Shown one piece after another: positions 37,505 through 54,094 of a stretch of DNA of 64,000 nucleotides. The stretch is from the human T2T-CHM13v2.0 reference genome, Homo sapiens. Position 1 is the stretch's first letter, and the number at the start of each line of letters is the position of its first letter. Location of the stretch: assembly GCF_009914755.1 (NCBI RefSeq), contig NC_060929.1. One strand, written 5' to 3'. The notes under the pieces are model-generated. The model saw nothing but the letters and a program-made list of their open reading frames with translations. It was not told the origin of the DNA and searched no databases. A program made the translations under genes and the position numbers.

Positions 37505-39476
37505 CCTGTAGCTAGCATCATACTTAATGGTAAAGCAAGACTGGACAATGTTACCTTAATGTCAGGAATAAGGCAAGGGTGTTCTCTTTCACCATTTTTA
37601 TGTGATGAAGTTGTAGCTGGAGCATTAGTTAGAAAAACACATATACCTATGTACATATGTGTGTACACACACACAAATGGGAAAGAAAAATAAAATGAAA
37701 AACTGTTTCTTTTGCATGTGACGTGATTGTCTATGTATAAAATCTCTCAAAATCTACAAAATCTCCTGGAACTAATAAGCAAGCACAGCAAGGTTGCAAA
37801 GTCTATATCCAAATGTTAATTATTTTTTTACATACCAGCAGTGAACAATTAGAATTTTAAATTAAAAACCAATAACATTCATGATAGCACCAAAAATAAA
37901 CATACTTAAGCATAAGACTATACAAATATGCAAGTAAAAGATAAAAACACTGACAAAGCAAAGAAGATTTAAACAAATTGGAATCTATTCTGTGCTCATG
38001 AATAGGAAGATTCAATATTGTTAAGATATAAATTCTTCCCAATTTGACTAATCTGTGTTCCAATGCAATTACAATAAAATTTCCAGAAAGCTACTTTGTA
38101 GGTATCAGCAAACTCTTCCTAAACTTTATAAACTTAAATTAGACAACATAATACTGAAGAAACATAAAAAATTTGGAGGAATTCCATGACCCACACTATC
38201 AAAGCATAGAAGGCTTACGAAAAAGCAACAGCAATCAAGACCACATTGTATTGGTGAAAGAATAGACAAGTAGATCAATGGAACATGAGAGAGCCAAGTA
38301 AAAGACCAAGACAAATATATTTCACTGATTTTTAACACGGGCACAACTGAAATTCAGTGGAGAAAAGACAATGTTTTCTATAAAAGGTATTGAGTCAATT
38401 GGACATCCATATGCAAACAAAAAGATCCAGACATAGACTTTATACCTTTCACAAAATTAAGCTCAAAATGGATTATAGGATTATATAAAATGTAAAAACT
38501 GTAACATACTTAAAATAAAATAAATGAGAAAATCTACATGACTGGGAGCCTGATGATGAGTTTTGAGACACAAAACAAAAGCTCTATCTGTGAAAGAAAA
38601 AATATTTGACTTTACTAAAATTTAAAACTTCTACTCTGTAAAAGACACTGTTATGAGAATGAAAAAAGAAAGCCATAGCCCGGGTGAAATATTTGTAAGA
38701 CACGCATCTAATAAAAGGCTTGTATTCAAAATATAGGTAGAGCACTAAAACAACAGTAGGAAACAAACAATTAAAATGGACAATGTATAGAAACGTAAGC
38801 CTCACCAGAGAAAATATACAGATGAAAAGTAAGAACGAGTGGATATTCAACATTAGATGTTATGAAGGAATTGCAAATTTAAAAAAGATAGAAATAGCAC
38901 TACACACCTGTTAGTGTAGTAAAAATTCCAAAACACTGGCAATACCAATTACTGGTAAGAATGAGAAGCAACAGAAATTCTCATTCATTGCTGTGGTACT
39001 GCAGAATGCTACATCCACTTCGGAAGGTAGTTTGGCAGCTTCTTTTAAAGCTAAACATATTATTACCACACAATTCAACAATCACACTTCCAAGTATTTA
39101 CTTAACCAAATTGAAAATTTATATTCACACAAATGCCTGTGTGTGAATGTTTATAGTGGCTATTTTTGTAATTACTAAAAACTAGAAGCAATACAATATC
39201 TGTTTTCTAATAGATGAATGAATTCTCAAATATACAAACAAGGGAGTGCTATTTTACAATCAGAAATAAACTGCCAAGCCATGAAAAGACACGGATGATT
39301 CCGAAATTCATACACATTAGTAAAAGAAGGAAGTCTGAAAATTCTACATATTATTTGATTTTATATGACAGTTTAGAAAAGGTAAGCTGTAGAGACTGAG
39401 ATGATAAACAGATCCATGACTGTCAGGGGCCCAAGAGGGTGAAAGATGAGGAGCTCAGAAGATTTTTTATGGATAT

Positions 39477-39549
<73 letters not shown>

Positions 39550-39559
39550 ATATATATAC

Positions 39560-39592
<33 letters not shown>
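39477..39592. repeat. Compound (TA)n-(TG)n-(TA)n microsatellite
   Basis: About 80 bp of TA with three TTT interruptions, then CG, a TG run and a short TA run. Confidence 0.97.
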
Positions 39593-40174
39593 GTATGATA
39601 CTCTAATGGTGGATACATGACATTATGCATTTTTTAACTTTACAGCACAAGGAAACCTTAATGCATGCAAACTTAAAATAATTAAGAGTAGGGAAATCCT
39701 AGTGTGGAAATAAGAAACTGACAGAATAATCTAACTGCAATAAATAGAAATGTGTGAAACCATTTTACTGAGGTGAGTGGAGATAAAGGTGTTGACCTAA
39801 GTAACTTTTTGAGTAAGTGGAAATCATAAGACTCAAAAAAAAAAAAACAAAAACAAAAAATAAAAAACAAACAAAAAAACTACCAGAAAAACAGACCTGT
39901 GCATAGGCACTGTATTCTAGCTGATAATATTTTCCATATGCATACAGGTCAACAATTCTGAAACCTTATATAAATACTGGAAATGACTAAATTAATGTAT
40001 GGCAAAATGTGAGACCCAGGTTTCTCAGTGCTGGAAGCCTATAGCTATGAAGAGGGTGAAGAATCCACGTAATGGTGGATTAGAGTTGCAGACGTTAGCA
40101 TGAATTCATAATATAGACACAGATGATTGTGTATAGAGATATTACTATTATACATGTTCATATTCATGGTTTAG

Positions 40175-40505
<331 letters not shown>

Positions 40506-42701
40506 CTGGATTTCTTTATTCAGCTAAGAAAGCTTACATGCAAAGGACTCCTCACTAGCAACAAGCATACCTATCACCCAAATCTTCTTTTCTAATGCCA
40601 TTCTGCAATCAAAGGAACCAGAGCTCTTTGGAGAAATGGCTAAATAATTTTAGGACTGTGGAAAGAAACATCCAAGATGATCTCTGAGCATCTTGTAGTT
40701 CCAGAAAGTAAAGTACACAATGCACACAGACTTGCACACTCATGCAATACAGGGGTCTGTCAAAGGGACACCAGCACTAACCGAACGAACCAACAGTGAC
40801 CAAAACCATTTTGTCTTTGCAACAAAAAATAAAATAGTATTGAGTTATAGTCCAAAGTATAAAATAAATATTCATGATTCCATACCAATGTAAATAGCTG
40901 ACTGCATAAATAAATAAATGAGGGAAACGGACAAATATCCTATGCAGAAAGTTTTGAAATAATTTATATAGATCACCTTTAAGGAAACGGGGCATAACTC
41001 CCCCACTCCCTAAGTACCCGTAACAACTTTCTTCCAAAGTGCATAACAGCTTTCTTCCAAAGAACATAGCAAGAAAAGAGTGGGGAGTAACTTCACAGTA
41101 GAAAAAACTGACGAACAGAACCTCAGCCTGATGATCAAGGTCAACACCACGTACCCTTGATGTGAAGTGATGAGAAGACCACTTTGCCTCTGTGTTCTTT
41201 TCAAAAATCCATAACCCAGTCTAACCATGAGAAACACATCAGACAAATCCCAGTAGAAGGATATCCTATAAAACGCTTGACCAGTACTCTTCAAAACTGT
41301 TAAGGCCATCAAAAAGAAAGAAAGCTTGAGAAATTGGGACAGCCAAGAGAAGCCAAGGAGACATGAGGACTAAATGTAACACGCTGTCCTGGATGAGGTC
41401 CCCAAATAAGGGAAGCCTTTGGGAAAAGCTAAGGACATCTGTATAAACTATGGACTTTAGTTAATAATAACGAATGGATACTGGTTACTTCATTGTGGCA
41501 AATATGACATATTAAGATAGGATGCCAATTATAGAGAAATGCAGATTTGGACATGGGGGAACAGATGGACTATCTTCGCATTTTTTTTTTTTTTGGTAAA
41601 TCGAAAACCTCCTAAAATAAAATGTATATTTGAAAAACTAATTGTTGATTCATCCTTTATATAAAAGTTAATAATAACATTGTCTCTTGTGAAAATACGC
41701 AATGATGATGATGATGGATAAAACAAAAGGAACTAAATAAACTGGAGGGAAACAGATTGGCTTCTCTGCCTTCCAGAAACTTTAATTTGATGGTCATTCT
41801 GATTTGGTTAGGATGCCTAACTGCAAATTTACAGGAGTAATTTCACCTAACGTTGATAAAATCTCTTCTGCCCTAAGATAAGTTGCTGGATCTTAAAGCG
41901 CTGTCCCTATGTAGCTAAATCAAATAAGTCAGAACGTGGTCTCAAGTAAATAGCACTTAAGCATTTGGAGGAGAGACACAGCAGAAAAGATAACAAAGAC
42001 ACTCAACCAACAGCTGGAGTATCAGAGTCCCGAGGGTCGGCTTGAGTGCTCTCAGACGGCTTGTACCCTCCCCAATTACATGAGGAACCTGTGTAAAATA
42101 GCAACTAGTGCCAACTGAACTGTTCACCTCCCAAACACCAGTTTATGTAAACTCAATTACTTACATGACCAGAACCAGTGATTTCTGAAAAGAAGCCTCT
42201 CATCTACTCTACTAAGTTTTCTGCCAAAACACAGCATGAGTTTTGTTTTCTTTAAAAACTACCATTTCCATATAATTGGATTAACCCAGCATGTGACTAT
42301 GGCCAGATGTCGAAGCTTCCTAGATCGTGTAGAACCCTCATGTGACCTCAGGCTTCTCTCACAAAATGCTGGGAGTTAAAATTCAGCCGCTGTCTAAAAA
42401 CTGCCTTAATCGTCCTGAGGAAGTTATAACGGTTGGTTGGAAAACAAAAATTACCAAAGCCTCCATTAAAGTTTCAGATGTTCAAATAGCCATGGTCAGA
42501 GAGCAAGAAATGATTTGTTGATTAAGTGCTTGCTGCAACATTTCATTTTGCTAAGATGTACAGAACGAGAAAAATAAAGACATTTTCAAGCAAGTATTAA
42601 ATTCAGAAAGAGTCTACTTATTTAATCTCTCAAGTCACCTTTTAAAATATTTTCACTGCTATGAATCCAGCATACTTCTTTTTTATTTCAGCACTGATCA
42701 T

Positions 42702-44405
<1,704 letters not shown>

Positions 44406-45272
44406 AAGTGAGCATTTACCAAATGCTCCCACACGCTACAAATGGAGGGTGATGAAGATATGAGAGCATCATAGTCCTTGTCCTCAGAACTCATGCTATA
44501 ATACAGGAAGTGGGAAAGCACATGGAATTGCAGGGCGCAGAGAAGAGGGACAAAGTTTTGTGAAAACAAAGAGAAATATTATTTTAAGTTGGGGGAGGGG
44601 GCGAAGGAACGTTTCATGGAAGAAGTGACATTGGAATTGGATCAGACTTCCAAACTTGAGGAAGTTGTTTTCGTCCTGGAAGGGGGCGGGTACTCTTTGC
44701 CTTTACAACATGGGTGGGTTTCTGTGAGGCTAGATTGTTTTCTTGCTTGGGATTTTGAGAACTAAATCTGGATTTTTGCCTGAAGATGGGATTATCATAT
44801 TCTTTTTGGAACACAGATATTTGATACCCATACTGAGTAAGGGCAAGACACAAACTTCTAAGATGTAGCTCTAGGGGTGTTCTGAAGGGCTGCACACAGG
44901 CTTTTTGGAAGATATGGTAGCTTTTCTTCTTAGACGTTCTTCCTCATCCTGTATTTTGACCAACTCCATGGCCCTCTTAGCAGGGCTGCCAACCTTAAGG
45001 CATCCCAAGAGCCACAGATGACCTTGGAAGACCTTGCTCAGAGGTGGTCCATGAGTGACTCACCCGCCTGGGGATAATTTCTTGGAGACTTTCTTGCACC
45101 TCTCATGCCTGACTACATTTTTCAAAAGTGTAATTTTTAGAAGGGCCAAGGGTAGCCAAATTTGGTCTGCTTGGTCAGCAGCCTTTTCCATGTGGCCATC
45201 TCCATGTCTGTCAATTTTGAGGTACCATAGCCCAGTGAGAATCAGGCCACTCCTTAATTTCTTGTTGCCATC

Positions 45273-45591
45273 TGTCTTAGTCCTTTTAGTGCTGCTATAA
45301 CAGAATACCACCAACTGGGTATTTATAATGAAGAGAAATTTATTTCCCACAGGTCTGCAGTCTGGCATGTCCAAGAATGAGGGAGTAGGCATCCGACGAG
45401 AGCCTTCTTGCTGTGTCGCTCCATGCAGAAAGCAAATGGGCAAGAGAGAACCTACTCTCAAAAATCCTTTTGAAAGGCATTAAGGCCTAAAAGCCTGCTG
45501 ACCTCTTACAGTCCCCAACTCCCAAAACCTTTACATGGGCCATTACATTTCAACATGAGGTATGGGAAAGACACATATTCAAACTATACTA
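45273..45591 (-). mobile_element. MST-type MaLR LTR (MSTC/D-like)
   Basis: tgtcttagtcc...gtgctgctataacagaataccac...aaatttatttcccacag...atttcaacatgag...attcaaactata; flanks CCATC and CCCTC. Confidence 0.8.
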
Positions 45592-45654
45592 CCCTCCCTA
45601 GTAACTAACAACTTTTTCCGTTTATTTTTCCCTGAAAAAGATTTAGGCATGCTT

Positions 45655-45830
45655 TTGAGATCCAGCTTCTCTATTTAGCCATTCTGTGATCTTTAATTCT
45701 CTAAATTCTCTAGTAATTACATTTCTTATACTTCAATTTCTTTTTCTGTAATATGACATCAATAATAGCTTCTAAGTTACAATATTATAATGGGAATTCA
45801 ATAAGATTACATTGTAAAATACAAAATGCC
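45655..45830 (+). mobile_element. MIR fragment
   Basis: cttcaatttctttttctgtaatatgacatcaataatagc... resembles the MIR core and 3' part. Confidence 0.4.
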
Positions 45831-46639
45831 ATGCTGGTCTTAACTTCAACTCCATGTATCCGTGCTAGGCCACCATATTGACCTGGCAGGTGCCATGTTT
45901 ATAGTAGTCCAAGGGGTTGTTTTGTTAAAAATCATATTCCACTTTGTGGAAATCTGGGGTTTTTTGTGCTTATGTCTGCCTCTGGACTTATGCTTCAATG
46001 CAAGTATGTTTATTTTGCATATCTCTCCTGAGGTAAAGCACAGCTCCATCCCTCGTTGGGGAACACCACTCACACACCTAACACACACTCAGTGAATGTG
46101 TCAATGTAGTGGACATTCATGGCATAGTTGGAGGTTATAGGAAAAAGCAAAAGTGTCCATCTGTTAGCAAAGCTACAAATCACCATGGAACATCAATGAC
46201 ATGAACTGGTAAACGGTCCTCTGGCTGCTGCATCAGTGATGAAACCTCACCGGTCTTGGCTCCTGGGGTTGCTGTAGTTCAGAGCATCCCAAGCTTCTTC
46301 CTAGCCCTGTCCTCCTTCTCTCCTCTTTCCCCCAGTTCTGGCCCCACTTCACCAAGTCTGCTGTTGCCCAGGCTCCCCTGACTCATGTGTCCTGAGAACA
46401 GCACTTTCTTCCCCAAGAAGTTGTCTAAAGTATTTTCCAAAGATTCCTTACCCTCTAAGAAGAGAATGAGCCAGTAATTTAAGAGAACAGTCTCATTCTG
46501 TAACACATAGATGCATGTCCACTGAAACTTGAGATATTTTTCATCCTTACCATTTATTAACTGCATATTCTTTCTTAAGCTTCTGCAATCTAGCTTCTCT
46601 TCCCAGTACTTTTTCAACCCCTGGGGCCTTCTGTGACTA

Positions 46640-47250
46640 CGCTACTTTGAAGTTTGTGTTTATTTTATTTTAATTTCTCTTGACTGGGATTGATTATGCT
46701 TCCTGACTTTGAGGAGTCCGGTGTATTCTAAGTTCAGAAAATTCATCGACATCACCTCTCTAGTTATGCTTTTTCCTCATTTTCTCTTTCTTCTCATTTG
46801 GAAACTCCAATTACATTTGTGTTAGACTCCATTCTATCTGCCATTTCATTTTTTTCTCTTTCATATTTTCTATTTCTTGCTCTCTCTTTTCAGTATTCTG
46901 TGTAAATTTGCTCAGTTCTACTTTCAACTTATTAATTTCCTTTTCAGCTGTTGTTTAATCTATTTTTTAACCCATCCTATTTATTATGTTTTAATTTCAT
47001 TAAGCACATTTTTAATTTCTCGAACTTCTCTGTGGTTAATTCTCAAATTCCCTTATTGATTATGGTGGAATTTTGCTCACTGATCAAACTTGTAATTTGA
47101 CTTTTAGATATCATCATAATCACTTTTATTATTATTTTTCAGTGGACATACAACATTTCGATTATCTGAGTTCCTCTGAGCGTAATTGTGCTGTGTCTTC
47201 TATGCCGATCCCTGATCATAGTGAATTTTTATACTTTTTTGGTATTGTTT
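46640..47250 (-). mobile_element. Old L1M ORF1-region remnant
   Basis: cattttctctttcttctcatttggaaactccaattacatttgtgttagac; T-rich antisense L1 pattern. Confidence 0.6.
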
Positions 47251-50200
47251 AACTTTTAGGCCTCTGAGGCCTAAATCTGTGGACATCCTGTAGCAAATGA
47301 GGCTGCAGAATCACAGAGGAGCTTTTTACTTGCCTTTTCCTAGTGTCCTGGTGTGACTAGATTGAGAGGCTTCCTATGCTCCTCTGATCCTGGGATGTAG
47401 ATCAGAATCCTAAGCTTGCCTGAGAGTAGAGCTCATGTCAGGAGTCACTGGAGAAGCCCTTGCTTTTTCTCCTCCCAGAGACCAGGCCCAAGGTGCTCCC
47501 AATAAATGGTATCTCCTTTTCTTGTCTAAGTTCTAAACCAACCGAGAAATTTAAAACATGATAATCTAGATGGGAGACCAACATATCACTATATCACTTT
47601 TCTTATTGATGAAGTCACTGTTGGAGTATTCGGCCATATCTGCAGGCAAATATGCCTTTGAGTGCCGTGCCCCAAGCTGACCGAGTGGCCCATCCCATCG
47701 GGGCAGAGCAGGGACAGCAAGCCCACTCCCCACACGCATGGAGCGAGGTCTCCCCACTCAGCGCCCTGTTCACCCAAGCTTGCATGCTTTCTCCCCAAGG
47801 ATGGCAGGACGGCTCCCAGGGGGAAGCAGGAGGAAGGACTGGGCGCAGGCACCCTATTCCTTACTCAAATGTACCCATTAGCTACTCATCCTTCTTCCAT
47901 AGGGAGAAGTAAGAGGTGGCCAGACACTGAGGGTGGATATGGGCTACCTTTTCCATGCAGCCCAAGGTATGTGGGGTGTGGCTGTGAAGGTCCTCCCTGG
48001 GAAGCATCTGTGATGGGCTCAGAGCATGCCAGGAACATGCTAGGGGACCACCTGTCGTCTGTTCTTATGAAGCCTGCACAAATGTCTCCTCAGTGTGCCT
48101 CTTCCCGCCTCCCCCGCTTGGACCCAGCCCACCCTTACTTATTTTAGACCACTGAGCATCCCCTGCCTGCAGTCCTTCCTGCCTCAACCAGCCTTCTGCT
48201 CCTGCCAGGGTCCACTTCTCTCCAAACAGACCTCCCATTCACTGTGTACTGCCTGGAAAACTCCGCAATCACAGTGCTGGAAGACCAATGCCATGTCCTG
48301 AGTTGAGCCCATGAAGGGCTTCATCATTGGGACCTGTGAGACTTGGGTTCTAGGGCTGGCCCCATCTGCCCCATGAACTCACCAAACTTTCCTCACTCCC
48401 CAAAACACGATTGGCTCTGAGCTTTCGGGGTCCAGTCATGCTGAGGCCCCTCTCTTTGTTTATCAGGGATCATTGTAAAGGTCATCATTCCTTCCAGGAG
48501 GGAGACTTCCCAGCCAGTCATGGCAGATGTGGTAGGCTGACCTCTCTCTCTGTGTCTACGTATTTAAATCTCAGAACTCCCAGGAAAAAGATGGACAGAA
48601 CAAAACATGTATCTTTAAGGCAAAGAAGAGTGTGAGGAAAAGCAACAGGGCTGGAGTGCGTACTGCATCATCAAGAGCAATGTTGGGTTTGAGTTGTGCC
48701 CAGAGCTTGTGAAGGGGCTCCATGAGGAACAGGGATTGGGCTGCTGACAGAGGGTGGGGGTCCTTGGACACTGGGAAGACAGGTCGACCACAGGGAGCCT
48801 CCAAGACTCTCCAAGCTAGGCAGGTATGTGGGGTCATGTCATCACACAAAGATCTGAAAGAGATGCTATAATCACCTAGTCAGGAAGGGAAATTTGGGGA
48901 TTCTATTTCCCATCTACTCCCAGCTGTGCCCACTTCCACTCCTACCAAGCTGGAGTGGTGGGCAGGGCTTGCACTGCAGAGTGCAACTAACCCACCTCTG
49001 TCAAAGCCCAGTGCCAGCAGCAAAGGCTGGCACCTCCTTTCTTGCCTCAGGTGTCCCAGAAAGTCAGGCATGTGGTTCTCCTTCTTCAGAGCCTACTGAC
49101 TCCGATCCTCATGCTTCTTACAAGTGTTGGGAGGCAGGACTGGGCCCCCTTTGTCCATGTGATTTTTAATTACACATTCATTGATTAGGCTAAAAACTAT
49201 GCAAATTGTAAAAATACAAACTTTTCTTGAGGTAATCTAAAATGAATTTAGCTATGTCTGGTAAGAAAAAAGAAAGCTTATAGGATTCTAGGCCATTGCA
49301 GACATAATAGTAATTGGAAGAAACAAGTAAAAGTCAACATAATAAAAGAAAAGTAAGGAAAGTCTGTTGCTGTTGGACCAGTCGTCTCCCTTACACAATT
49401 GATATGAAAGGCCCATCGCATAGTTCGTTTAAATGTGCTGAAGGGGCAGGATGCTTAGGAATGGCTGGTGTCTCCACACCTGGAACCCATCCAGGCTGTT
49501 CTAAACAGGAAGGGGCAGAGGGGTCAGTGTGGTCAAACATGATGGGAAGAGCAGGATGGCCAATAAGTGGAAAGCTTTGGAGGCTGTAAATAAACAGCCT
49601 GATAAAGAGACAGATTGAGGAGGGGCTGCATAAATAATCACAAGAAAAGCAGAAAGGGAACGAGAGGCGCAGGGTAGAAAGAGGGGCTTGCAGAGAATGT
49701 TTCCATTTAGAGCTGGTGAGCTCCAGCACTGTCTCATGCAGACTGGGGAGTCTGTGGGACCAGGAGGAGCCAGGCATGAAGATGAGGAGTGAACAGAAGC
49801 TCCTCTAGGGCTAAAAGGAGAAAAGAGGATCCCCCACACCTCCAGTCAGTGCTTCTCCCCAAAAATGCATGGGATGCTGCAAATACATCGATTTGATGAA
49901 TAACTGGGTGTGGCAAAGTACACAGGCTCTAAATGGGAATGAGAGAACGTTCTGATGAAACGTCACCCAAGAACTGATACTCAAATCCAACTTAACACCC
50001 GGAAAGCAGTTTAACTTACTGGGAACTTGATGTGTCCATTGTGAAAAGAGAGCTGGATGTGTCTTGTCACCGTAAAGTGTGTTCAAGTGCAACTGTAATC
50101 GCTGCCCAGAATCAAATGTCACTAAGTTTGAATTGCTGTATAAAATACACTTTCCAAACAGATGTGTCCTTGTGAGCCAACACTGTCCATACTCACAGCC

Positions 50201-50910
50201 TCTCAGTGTTTTAGTTCTCTGCACCCCACCTCTATTGCTTTTACAAAAAGCTTTGGAGTTCTGGCCAAAGAAAAATCAATCAGCAATATTTGAAAAAGTC
50301 AAATAAATAAAGTAAAATTCAATTTAATATTGAACATGCATGAATCTTTGTGAACCTAGTCATGTTTTCTCATTGCCCTTTGCTGAGTCTTGGGTGGTCA
50401 CTGGGTCTCCCCAGTTCTGTACCAGCTGGCTTATCATCTCTAATTCTGACAGCTCCAGGGACACAGGGCAGGTGTGTTCTAATTGTGCATGATCTAGCTA
50501 AATTCTTCTCTAATTTTGAGTCTGCACCCTGGAGCTTCTTTCCTGAAGTGAAGCACGGTTTCTGCCTATACATGCAGAGGAAGATTTCTGTAAGCTAATT
50601 AAAAACACATTTCTGTTGTGACACTTGGTGGCAATATATGCCACAATAACATTTCATCCTTAACAAGAGATATCCAGGCTTTTCTAGGGAAAGAAGCAAA
50701 TATCGATGGAAACCATCTATCCAGTAAACAGGTACTAATTAACTGGGTCCTAGTAAAGTAAAAACTCAGAATTAATGAATGCGTGTCCAGCATTCATATC
50801 AACAACAGAAGTTAATATTTATGAGTCAGATAAAATTGCTACAGTGCTGGATGCATAGATTTATCCATAACACACATAGTAACCCATTGGGGGTATACAT
50901 TTACTAAACA

Positions 50911-51040
50911 CCCTACTTTGCAGGTGAGGAAATTGAGGCCATGGAGAGGCTAAGGTTTTATCCAAGGTCACACATGAGAATTGGAGACAGGTGTCAAATC
51001 TAGGTCCCCTGCATTCAAATGTCCACGTTCCCAGCCACTG
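50911..51040 (-). mobile_element. MIR fragment
   Basis: tttgcaggtgaggaaattgaggccatggagaggctaagg...ccaaggtcacaca. Confidence 0.7.
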
Positions 51041-51689
51041 AAAAGTACATTTTTCTCTTCATTTAAGCTCCCTGAGGAGCCACATTCTCACCTAAGCCAT
51101 CCAGGAGAAGTTCCTAAAGCTGGTGTTGGATTTGGCTCATGCCTTTGTCAAACTGCGGCATGTGGACGAACTTTCAACCTCTCTCAATAGTTGCTCTTTT
51201 ATATTGAGGAAGTCGTAGAGGAAAAAGCAAAATTTAAAATATCCAAGCTTTTGATCTTGAACAAACTAGGTGAGAAGTGTTTTTTTTTATTTATAAGCTC
51301 TGACTACTTCCTCTTTGATATCTTACAGTTGTCTTTCTTAATTTGATCCTTCTTCTCAATCTCAGATTATGCTTCAGTGCAACCCAGATTCAAAGAGCAA
51401 ATACTTTCCTTATTCCTCACTATGGTTTTCTTTTCACACCTCTGCACTCTCCCATTTCCCTTTGTGGCCAGCCTTCTTTAAGTGGTACCTGTGTCCCCAG
51501 GTTCACTTTCCCAGCCTCTCCCCAGCTCCCTTTGGCATCAGGGCCGCCACCTCTTAGGCTCTGCTCTGAAGGCTCCGGTGGAGGCTGAGGCTGCCCCCTC
51601 CTTGGCCTCTCCTTCCACAGGGTCATTTGCAATTTCCCAGGGGTCTGTCCTTGGCTACTTTGGTTCTGAGCTCTCCTTGGCTCCCTTTT

Positions 51690-52440
51690 CCTCAAAGATC
51701 ACATAGGATCTGATGATTACCCAGTTCTAGATCTCCAAGATCTCCAGCTCCTGTTCCCTCACCTTGTAAGTCCCCAGACCCTGATGCTCACGGTATCCAA
51801 AACCAGCCCCATCCCCATGTTCCCCAAGCCTGTGCCTGACCCTGCATTTCTGGCCATCGCCCATGCCAAACACTGGGAGTCATCTTTATCTTTCTCTTTC
51901 CCTCAATCCCGTCTGCAGTAAGGGCTGAGGTTCTTCTCTTTCCCATAGGATTTTTCTCCTCAATATTCTGTGCCCTCATTTCCTTTCTCATGGTCCATTT
52001 CCCGATTTAGATGGCCTTTGTCCATTATAAAACCCCCTTAATGGCTTGCCTGGGTCTAGTTTTTCTTCTCCCCAGCCTGTGCCTCTGTCTCTGGTTAGAA
52101 TAGTTCTTTATCTAAAACACAGAGATGATCTTTTGAGGGGCTTCTGGTTCCCCATGGCCTGGTGGCCATGGTGACAAGTTCTTCAGCACCATTGTCTCGC
52201 CACTGCCTCCTCTCTTGGCTCCATCCTCCAGTGCTCTACTTTACCCCTGGGTCCAATCCCAGGTAGCAGCTTCTCTTTCCCCAGACATAGCTCGGTGCCT
52301 GTGAGCGTGTGATTGTCTCCTCTTTCCACCATCAATTAAAAGGGACCTCCCCTGGAAGCACTTGCCAGACCACTTGGGGCTGCATTCTTTACTGTTCCTA
52401 TTTGAACACCCCCCTTGTGTATCCCCTATCACCTGGACTT
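51690..52440 (+). mobile_element. L2 LINE fragment
   Basis: gccaaacactgggagtcatctttatc; tctttatctaaaacacagagatgatc; pyrimidine-rich L2 pattern. Confidence 0.55.
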
Positions 52441-53181
52441 TGGATCGTCTTAGCTGGCTCAATGGCTGCAGTGAACCACGAGGGCAGGTGCTGCATCTGA
52501 TTCCTTCCCTACACACGCCCCAGCAGGGCACATGCCACAGCCACAGATGGAGGAAGCTGGTGCTTCTTGCATCCAAAAATGAAGGTTTTGATGCCACCGG
52601 TGCTGGTTTACTGCTCTCAAATCCAACACCATCTGAGCTTGATTTCCTTTCCCACCTACTTACCTGCCCTATTCCTTCCCGGCCAACACAGAGGAGGGAA
52701 AACCCCACATCATCTAGTGGCAAAGGCTGTGCACGTTGCCAGCCCTGTGGAAGCTGCAGAGGAAACAACCCTTGCTGGCTTGTCTCCCATTCTCCCAGCT
52801 GACTCTTCGTTCCCTGATATTTTCAGTTGAGCTGAACAATATTCAGATTCCAGCCACGAAGCCAAAGGGCCAGCCACATCCATCTTCAGATGACATCCAC
52901 TGAGAATTTGGCCATCACCTAATGGAGACAAAGCACGTGAGGAGGTGTGCATGTGAGACGATGACATAAAAGTGCTAAACCCGTTGGGGGAATGGCTGTA
53001 CACAAGGTCAAGTTTGGTAATTCACACTGACATGGTTTGTGGTCCTCTGGAGAAGGCGGTCACCACTTACCAGATGCTCTCAGGGCTGCTGCAGAGCCCA
53101 GGGCGCAGGCACCAGAGCCCCGGGAGAGGCCATCGCACATGGGCAGGCCAGGCCTGGAGGTCTTGCTGTCCTTTTTTTTTT

Positions 53182-53533
53182 TAATTTATAGACAATAGAA
53201 TTTATTTATCAGAGTTCTGGAGGCTGAGAAGTCCAAGATCAAGGAGCCAGGTGATTCGGTGGCTGGCAAGGGCTGCTCCCGGCTTCCAAGATGGAGCTTT
53301 GCAGCTGCGTCCTCTGGAAGGGGCGGTCATTGTGTCCTCACATGGCAGAAGGTAGGAGGAAAAAAGAGAATGAAGAGCATGTGAAGCCTCTTTTATAACG
53401 GCCTTAATCCCTTTCACCACGAAGAAGCCTTATGACTTAATCACCTCCTGAAGGCCCCATGTCTTAATATTATTGCCTTAAGAATTAAGTTTCAATGTGA
53501 ATTTTGGAGGGACACAAACGTTCAAACCGTATC
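53182..53533 (-). mobile_element. MST-type MaLR LTR (MSTD-like), one end truncated
   Basis: agttctggaggctgagaagtccaagatcaagg...gcttccaagatgg...aatcacctcctgaaggcccca...ttttggagggacacaaacgttcaaacc. Confidence 0.85.
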
Positions 53534-53789
53534 ACTGCCCATTGCACCATAGGCTCAGGGTTATACAGGGAACATCTCCCATCCTGAGGACCCTCCAGGC
53601 AGGTATGTACTTGGCTCCCAAGCCTCCCTGTGGTTCCTCACTGTGTGGAGGAGGAATAGGCCCCACATGAGCCGCCAAGGAGGCCTGGGCCAGAGGTGGG
53701 CTTAAGGGGCTGGCTCTGTGCCCCCTAACTCTTGGCTCCCACTTAGCTTTCTGTGGGGAATGAAAAGCACCTTTTCCTGGGTAGAGAGG

Positions 53790-54094
53790 TTGAAACCATC
53801 ATTCTCAGCAAACTACTGCAAGGACAAAAAACCAAACACCGCATGTTCTCACTCATAGGTGGGAAATGAACAATGAGAACACATGGACACAGGAAAGGGA
53901 ACGTCACACACTGGGGCCTGTTGTGGGGTAGGGGGAGGGGGGAGGGATAGCATTAGGAGATATACCTAATGTTAAATGACGAGTAAATGGGTGCAGCACA
54001 CCAACATGGCACATGTATACATATGTAACAAACCTGCACGTTGTGCACATGTACCCTAAAACTTAAAGTGTAATTAAAAGAAAAAGAAGAAGAA
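53790..54094 (+). mobile_element. 5'-truncated L1PA4-like 3' end
   Basis: gaaaccatcattctcagcaaacta...ccgcatgttctcactcataggtggg...aatgttaaatgacgag...gtaccctaaaacttaaag plus A/G-rich tail. Confidence 0.95.

Noticed and set aside
47567-47580. GATGGGAGACC, matching part of 5S rRNA
   Set aside because: Only about 11 bp match; the flanks do not follow 5S.
52182-52201. TTCAGCACCA, a REST/RE1 left half-site
   Set aside because: The right half (GGACAG) is absent and the site lies in an L2 remnant.
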